A stretch of 64,000 nt of DNA, taken from positions 512,001 through 576,000 of the forward strand of contig CAXRHT010000003.1 in assembly GCA_964230645.1 (NCBI GenBank), read 5' to 3'. Of this stretch, positions 58,601 to 64,000 are shown one piece after another. Numbering within the stretch: position 1 is the first letter of the stretch; each line of letters opens with the position of its first letter. Source of the DNA: Bdellovibrionales bacterium. GTDB lineage: Bacteria; Bdellovibrionota; Bdellovibrionia; Bdellovibrionales; JAGQZY01. The translations under genes were made by a program, and so were the position numbers. The notes below the pieces were generated by a model. It had not been told where the DNA came from, did no database searches, and saw only the letters and a program-made list of their open reading frames with translations.

Positions 58601-61600
58601 ACTATAACTTTGTCAATGGAGAATACACCTTCAGTGGAGCTGAGGCTTTTACGTTTTTCAATTCTATAGAAACACCACGAATACAGGTCTCGACCACAGT
58701 GGGAACCCCCATTGTGGGGCAATCCACTGATATTGCTGTTGCTGCCGATTCCTTCGATCATTTGGCTTTACTCTCAGCCAACACCCAGGTTTCTGCAGGA
58801 GAAGTCAATCGCTACACCATTCGAGTGGAAGATCAGTATGGTAACAAATTAGTTTCAGGCCTTGATGCTGTGAAAAATGTTACCTTTAATATTACAAGCT
58901 CTCTTGGTGATGAAGATATCGTGGATTCGAACCTTGTAAACCCGAGTCTTGCTGACTATCTACCAGGTAATCAAAAAATCTTAAATGGTGACTTGACGCT
59001 CGGAGAAGCTTACGTCGATCTGATGACCACAAAATCGGGAACTTTAACGGTGAGTGGTAGTACCACAGGAATTGTGGGAACCAACACGGAAGAACCCCTC
59101 GTGGTTCTACCTTTAACGACGATTTCTTCAATTCGATATAAGCCAGGAGAAGAGCCAACCACACCTTCAACGACCATCAATCAGCTGTTACCTTTCAGCG
59201 TTGAGTTGTTGGACGCTTTTGACAATGTGATCACAACGAATAACTCCGATGTTGTCGAGCTTAACCTTATTGGTGCCTCTCAATCTTTTGAGAACTATAC
59301 CCCTCAGACCGCTGTCAACGGAGAAGCTGTCTTCTCGGGGCTTCGTTATAGGAGGGCTGATTCCTTTACAATTCAAGCGGTTCTTCAGTCCAATAACAGT
59401 CTCACCGATGATGCGCCTATGGTGGTGGAGCTCGGTTCTGTGACAAGAACTATTGCTATTTTGCCAGACCAAACCTTTACGGAAGGGACGGGTTCCCTTG
59501 CCACGGCTATAACGGGCACACCTTTTTCGGGAACAGGCCAGGTCACTGCAGGAGATGAGTTTGATGTAGAAGTTCGTGCTATGGATAGTTCCTTTAACAC
59601 GGTTTCCACCTACACGGGCTCCGTGTCTTTGGAGTCAACCGACCCTTACTTGGAAGTGACTCCAGCCTCTCAAAATTTCGTTGCGGGTGAGGCCACATTT
59701 ACTGTGAAAGTGCGTCAGCAGGGAACAGATCATAATATTTACGCCACCACTGGATTTACCAATCATGCAAGTACCAATTATGATGTGAATTTTGATACGG
59801 CCACACAACTTGTTACCATATTACCGAATCAAACCCTTCTTGAGGGAGCTCCCGATTTAGCCACGGCCGTCGATCAAATTGTACCTACGCAGGTGGCAGG
59901 TGTTTCATTTGATGCTGAAATTGTAGCTGTGGATGCTTATTTTAATCATGTGACCGATTACAGTCATAGCAATATAGCCGTCAATATGGACTCTGATGCT
60001 GCGGTTCCGACTCCTTCGCCTCAAAGCATGTCGGGTGGGTCCGTTACATTCTCTGTACAGAACTATCTTGCGACCTCTGGTTTAACAATTACACCAAGTA
60101 CAGGTGCAGCTCCCATTCTGACCGGGCAAACCTCTGAGTCCTATGAAGTAAATCCCAACACGGCGACCCAATACATTGCCGTGCTCCCTGGTCAAACCCA
60201 TTCTCCAGGACAAGCCCCGGGAGATTACGCGAGCGCCGTTCTGGGTACACCGACAGATCAAGACACTGATAGTGGCTTTTCCGTTAATTTGTTTGCTGTC
60301 GATAATTACTTTAACACAAGAGGGGATCATGCAAGTGCCGTTTCAATTGCGACCCCCGATGACCCCAACGATGTGGAACCTGCGGCCTCTAATTTTGCTG
60401 CAGGCGCTGTCACTTTTACCATCAATCCCGTTAGAGCTCAGGACAATCAAGACCTAACTATTACTTCAGGTCTCGCCGCCAACACTCCAGCGACATATAA
60501 TGTGAAGCCCGGGGCCCCCAGCCAATTGATCGCAGTCTTTACTGATTATCAGACATTGGATGAGGGAAGTTTGACTTTAGCCGGAGCGGTGGCCGATCAA
60601 AGTGTGCAAGATCGAGAAAGTGGTGAGTCCGTTAGTGTACGAGTCTATGCCACTGATAACAAATTTAACGTTGTCGATGATGATTCGACCTCTGTTTCAA
60701 TCACTCCCTCAATCCCTAATCATGCAGTGACTCCAACCAACCAGAGTCTTACTAATGGTCAAGCTGATTTCGCAGTGGAGACTTTCCTTGTTGGCACAGG
60801 TTATGACATGCTCCCAAGTGGGGGATCTTACTCTCAAAACAGAACCACAGATTACAATGTCACCCTAGGCTCTGGTAAGAGACTTCTACTGGTACTCCCT
60901 AACCAAACCTTTTCCCCGGGGCAAGCAACAGCTGCGGATGCCGCTAGTGGTACTCCCTTTAGACAAACTCAAGGAAGCGACTTCCCATTTATTGCCAGAG
61001 TTTATTCAACCGACGATTATTTCAATCATAGAAGTGCTGACACAGACACAGTTACAATTACGCCGAGTTTAGCGAGCACCATCAGTGGTGGAGCCAGTCA
61101 GGCCATGGTCGGCGGGCAAGCTGATTTTACCCTCTATCACACGGCCAATTCGAATGCGCAAAACATTCAGGCAACAGCCTCAGGTTTTACAAGTGGTACT
61201 TCAAAAAACTATGATGTCCTAGCAAATCTTGTGAATCCGACCCTAGCCCTAAGTGACCCAACTACCAGTGATACCTCATATATAAGACAAAACTCTGTGG
61301 CCACAAGTATCGGTAGTGACGGGACGACTTCGAGATGGTGTGTAAGTGAAACTCAATCCACGCGTCCGTCATCAGGAACCAATGATCGTGGAACCTGTAA
61401 TGGCGGTGCCGGCAGTGATGATGGTTGGTTTACCTCTCGGCCAAGTACAGTGCCCACGACATCTTCTCAAGGAAGTAAAACACTTTATGTGTGGACCTCG
61501 GATGAAGCTTTTAACGTCAGTGTCGGTAATGTTTCCGACGCTATCACATTAGATAGTGTGAAACCCAACGATCCCACTAATTTAACTTTACAGGATCAGA

Positions 61601-64000
61601 GTAGTTTTTCCAATGACTATACCAACGCGGCCACGGTCGATCTGGATATTACCTTATCCGGTGACACAACCGAATGGTGTTTGATTGAACAGCCTCTTGT
61701 TAATCCGGCCCCTTCTGTCCCAGATTTTGATAGTGGATGTTGGTCAGCAAAACCTGGAGTTTTTCCGACTCCTATTACCTTGGCTAGTACGGGAACTCGC
61801 TCTATTTATGTCTTCGCAAAAGACATCGCAGAAAATGTTTCCAATACTTATGCGACAGCAAGTATTACATACGACAACACAGCACCAATCTTTCCTGCTG
61901 GTGATGACATCATCGGAGTTCGCGGTGGAACCGATACAGTAGCTGATGAATGGTTGGGTACGACATTGGCTCCAACGGTTGAGTGGCAAGCAGCCACTGA
62001 CGAGACATTAGACCACTATATTTTAACGATTAAACAAGGCGGTACACCTGTCTGTGGTGGGCCAACAACGGTCACAGGAACGTCCCATACTTTTGGGTCT
62101 TGTCTTGTTGATGGTCAAACTTATACCATAGAGCTTGAGGCATTTGACTCGGCCGAACAATCAACCGTGGCTGATAATAATGGCTTTAGTTTTACTGTCG
62201 ATACTGTGCGGCCGTCTACTTTTACAGTGACGGGTCTTTCTGGTGGAAGTGATTCCACTCCCGATGCCTTTTTGACCAATGCTCTGACAGCTCCGAGGCT
62301 CGACTGGGTCGATGCCACAGGTGAAACAGGTTATAACGTCTTTATCGTAAACGATGCAGAGACGGTGACGGAGTGTGGAGTGGATCAAGCCGCAGCGGAT
62401 GCCACTTCTTACCAGTCTTTTTCTGGTTGTAACCTCGCTGACAACACAGACTATAAATTAAGAATTGTTGCTTTTGATCAGGCTGGTAATGAGCGTGAAG
62501 CTACTAACTCACCCTTTTCTTTTAGAACGAGTGAAGGCGTTGATCACTTCGATATAGATCTTCTACCCGCCTCAAACCCAACGGCTGGAGCCAATTTCAG
62601 TGTTCAAATAACAGCCCGTCGGGCCAATAATGAGGTCGTAACAAGTTATACAGGTGTTAAAAACATCAATTGGACCACCAATGCCGGCAACGGAACGGAT
62701 GTCTGCGATACTGCCTCAAATATGAATCCTGAGTTTCCAAGTGCGACACAGAATTTCTCAAGTGGGGTGGTGAGCAATGCGGGGAATATTAAATTAAAAC
62801 GGGCTCAAACCGGTCGAACCATCACAGTTACGGAGCAGGACACAGGCTACAATGCTTCAGGAACGACAGCCACTTTTGATGTCATAGCGGCTTCGGCCAA
62901 TTGCATCCGTCTAGAAGATCAAGCCGGCGGGGCAGGTTCACCCCTATCCACGCAGGCTGTAGGAATTGACACTGTAGTGACTATTCACGCGGCTTCCTAC
63001 GATATCTACGGAAACTATTTAAGCGATGAAAGTGTGGCTTGGTCTGGAACGGATGCCATAGAAAATAGACCTTATCCGGCCACTGGCTCCTCCACGACTG
63101 TTGTCACTACAAAAGAGGGTACAGGGCAGCTTATTGCAACGGGGACTTCTACGGAATCTCTTAATTTTAATGTGAGTTCAGGTAACTCGGTCCTTAGCTC
63201 AGCGACTACCGATATCGATTCAAATAGTCATCTAGCCAATAACAGTGTGAATGCTGTTTATCAGTGGGACATCTCTTCTGACAATTCTTCGGCTTGGATC
63301 ACTAGCGGAACTCAGAGTTGGTATTCCGAGGGACTTAGTGCCAATCGCGGAGATCGAGATGATTTTCCAGAACAGGTTCTTCTGGTAGCCCATAATTCTG
63401 GTTTGGATATCATCGATCAATTCACTAATAATCTTTATATGCGCTTTCAGTCCGGATCGGATTACGCCATTGATAGTGATCTTGGAAATCCCGTGGACGT
63501 GAGTGCACTGAACGGAAAGATTTTTGTCAGCATGGATGACGGCTCCTCCACAGGTGGCTTAATTATTATCGATCTTGAGAATGATCAAGTTTATCAAACC
63601 AATGCCATCGCTAGAGAAGTCTCTGGTAACAATATTGCTAGTCGTAACTCTGCGGGTGTTTGGTCAACGGACACCACATACCCGTTACTAGGAAGCTCAC
63701 GCATGAACAAAATCTCTTCGAAAAGAGTTTCTGGGCAAGATTATTTAGCGATCGGACACAACGACCGGGTGGAAGTCTTAGATCTAACAAGTCCCACAGG
63801 TTTATTCACAGACACCACAGCTAATAACGTGTTCGCCGTGGCTCTTACTTCAGGAGGCGATCTCTATTATGGCGAAGACTCTGTTGGTCTTCACCGTGCG
63901 ACTCTGCCTTTAGCGGCCAGTTTCGCACCCGCCAGGACTTATAATACGGCTTCGAATGCCGAGTTGGCCTCAACCATTATTCAAGATATTTCAGTGGCCG
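55663..64000 (+). CDS. Giant surface lipoprotein/adhesin, 3'-truncated (>2779 aa); many Ig-like domains, FN3-like units and the start of a beta-propeller-like region
   Basis: Frame-1 ORF absent from the track, consistent with no stop before the window end (frame spot-checked at both ends and internally). MAIIR...LLAILLSAC lipobox; invasin-like VSGNNQ...VQVTDSSGAPVEG; recurring AG..F.V.V.A.D...N motifs. Confidence 0.85.
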   Translation, partial: MAIIRYVTSIIFITSISRQKAFLTGLLGLLAILLSACLGSGGTEQVTNNSFGLGISIVSGNNQIGAPDELFEDPALVQVTDSSGAPVEGIKVTFQQVSGASVFITNSEVTSNGNGLAQTSVRSPREFDQTGVVRACVANSSACVDFEFGSDNTSENIKFMLVTENGGTETAGEAFTVEVRTVDANSEALIEYNGTLNLEWTFITQPSWAGVEPSLVPNFSTCTFVDGICDPGQTVTLTDARVPTRVFLGDGDGGFIDIFGQVIQVELGEPAQVFVTDALGGPDADAETVGDTVFTADDPDFTFYAAVTDSVGNYIEDAPNATWSSSHPTQITSNLSTLMGMSTILDFNQSIPFPSFGYLYADVSGYPQGSSGQISIDPGEPANVEVVPVDTNMTRTGGVPFAFNLEVRDANDNIVGQQFGSTGYTGTFPVTFTFSDYQSGPAVSGGAIPMIHNSGQLERTEVSKVLQIPFFAGRSQFLPERITFFDATAVNPRISLNVDASSDPELSNVSGSTVFNMVVGPPDHLMLRDGLGASANTMCEADYTTSPFFWRRLEYILDPDYRASYKEYCNGISVNAGSGNVQIYASIEDAGGNFIDNLDVTWVTTDMVNPNSRFNGQISGSNPSNLQTLAPQNATGGNPNHEWIRVQGTYNSVNYDQYFRGAILPGVLSQYQLKILRRDYQDPNEAVATGPRTLVVIPKDAQGNGLTQPFNRNLTVSISSSFNSSPDGTPPSFITPGLHPNIPFQQIIPVDDRDNVGDSTVVARFENLITPNAGDAVTVTVTDALDPSISDSINWQVIPGEIDSVEIWKDAAPPTGTNVTNVDFTMTADESTNFFAVAKDARGNNRNIESSWVTWNDSAQPFAPADSVSGILTGTLQTPFSVERPGSGKIFLRAAANNEGSGAAETGVITLEAGEPSYVQVEIPSPNVVAGVPQDVVVSIRDAKGNIVTDVNGPTNLAITILNNSLTRLNYIHNAPASGDYNFVNGEYTFSGAEAFTFFNSIETPRIQVSTTVGTPIVGQSTDIAVAADSFDHLALLSANTQVSAGEVNRYTIRVEDQYGNKLVSGLDAVKNVTFNITSSLGDEDIVDSNLVNPSLADYLPGNQKILNGDLTLGEAYVDLMTTKSGTLTVSGSTTGIVGTNTEEPLVVLPLTTISSIRYKPGEEPTTPSTTINQLLPFSVELLDAFDNVITTNNSDVVELNLIGASQSFENYTPQTAVNGEAVFSGLRYRRADSFTIQAVLQSNNSLTDDAPMVVELGSVTRTIAILPDQTFTEGTGSLATAITGTPFSGTGQVTAGDEFDVEVRAMDSSFNTVSTYTGSVSLESTDPYLEVTPASQNFVAGEATFTVKVRQQGTDHNIYATTGFTNHASTNYDVNFDTATQLVTILPNQTLLEGAPDLATAVDQIVPTQVAGVSFDAEIVAVDAYFNHVTDYSHSNIAVNMDSDAAVPTPSPQSMSGGSVTFSVQNYLATSGLTITPSTGAAPILTGQTSESYEVNPNTATQYIAVLPGQTHSPGQAPGDYASAVLGTPTDQDTDSGFSVNLFAVDNYFNTRGDHASAVSIATPDDPNDVEPAASNFAAGAVTFTINPVRAQDNQDLTITSGLAANTPATYNVKPGAPSQLIAVFTDYQTLDEGSLTLAGAVADQSVQDRESGESVSVRVYATDNKFNVVDDDSTSVSITPSIPNHAVTPTNQSLTNGQADFAVETFLVGTGYDMLPSGGSYSQNRTTDYNVTLGSGKRLLLVLPNQTFSPGQATAADAASGTPFRQTQGSDFPFIARVYSTDDYFNHRSADTDTVTITPSLASTISGGASQAMVGGQADFTLYHTANSNAQNIQATASGFTSGTSKNYDVLANLVNPTLALSDPTTSDTSYIRQNSVATSIGSDGTTSRWCVSETQSTRPSSGTNDRGTCNGGAGSDDGWFTSRPSTVPTTSSQGSKTLYVWTSDEAFNVSVGNVSDAITLDSVKPNDPTNLTLQDQSSFSNDYTNAATVDLDITLSGDTTEWCLIEQPLVNPAPSVPDFDSGCWSAKPGVFPTPITLASTGTRSIYVFAKDIAENVSNTYATASITYDNTAPIFPAGDDIIGVRGGTDTVADEWLGTTLAPTVEWQAATDETLDHYILTIKQGGTPVCGGPTTVTGTSHTFGSCLVDGQTYTIELEAFDSAEQSTVADNNGFSFTVDTVRPSTFTVTGLSGGSDSTPDAFLTNALTAPRLDWVDATGETGYNVFIVNDAETVTECGVDQAAADATSYQSFSGCNLADNTDYKLRIVAFDQAGNEREATNSPFSFRTSEGVDHFDIDLLPASNPTAGANFSVQITARRANNEVVTSYTGVKNINWTTNAGNGTDVCDTASNMNPEFPSATQNFSSGVVSNAGNIKLKRAQTGRTITVTEQDTGYNASGTTATFDVIAASANCIRLEDQAGGAGSPLSTQAVGIDTVVTIHAASYDIYGNYLSDESVAWSGTDAIENRPYPATGSSTTVVTTKEGTGQLIATGTSTESLNFNVSSGNSVLSSATTDIDSNSHLANNSVNAVYQWDISSDNSSAWITSGTQSWYSEGLSANRGDRDDFPEQVLLVAHNSGLDIIDQFTNNLYMRFQSGSDYAIDSDLGNPVDVSALNGKIFVSMDDGSSTGGLIIIDLENDQVYQTNAIAREVSGNNIASRNSAGVWSTDTTYPLLGSSRMNKISSKRVSGQDYLAIGHNDRVEVLDLTSPTGLFTDTTANNVFAVALTSGGDLYYGEDSVGLHRATLPLAASFAPARTYNTASNAELASTIIQDISVA
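59440..61230 (+). repeat. Five ~120-aa intragenic repeats with a ~360-bp period
   Basis: LPDQTFTEG (59461), LPNQTLLEG (59821), LPGQTHSPG (60184), TDYQTLDEG (60541) and PNQTFSPG (60898), each followed by a D.(Y/S/K)FN motif. Confidence 0.8.

Overview
A gene-dense bacterial chromosomal segment of roughly 40-45% GC (estimated by eye). It probably comes from a Bdellovibrionota-like predator; this is inferred from gene content (FYNNC-type lipoboxes, giant Ig-repeat surface proteins, many secreted hypotheticals). Both ends cut through giant surface proteins. On the left is a >2760-aa protein with 18 full plus 1 partial disulfide-containing ~115-aa repeats. On the right is a >2779-aa lipoprotein starting at 55663 that the ORF track omits because it has no stop in the window. 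The interior holds envelope and housekeeping genes: pal, a DUF4398 lipoprotein, a CpoB-like protein, an Omp85-like metallopeptidase, yihY-like, patatin, tsaD-rsmA-smpB, a pseudouridine synthase, dsbD, an lspA-HAMP fusion, REC-GGDEF, a peptide-binding protein and a SpoIIE phosphatase. It also holds a DUF1552/DUF1592 pair, a deacetylase-carbamoyltransferase-amidotransferase trio and two REP-like palindromic elements, one nested in a MITE. The best candidate for a new system is a putative sigma-54 operon at 19.6-28.1 kb in which all six genes have export or membrane-targeting signals. It encodes a Cys-rich hydrophobic-hairpin protein, two tandem-duplicated Hedgehog-like (G|CF) Hint autoprocessing proteins, an atypical subtilase lipoprotein, a membrane-anchored protein and a MACPF-like/LRR/Kelch protein. 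It may be a complement-like tag, cleave and perforate attack module. All family calls rest on motif recognition by eye; no searches were run. No rRNA, tRNA or CRISPR array was seen.
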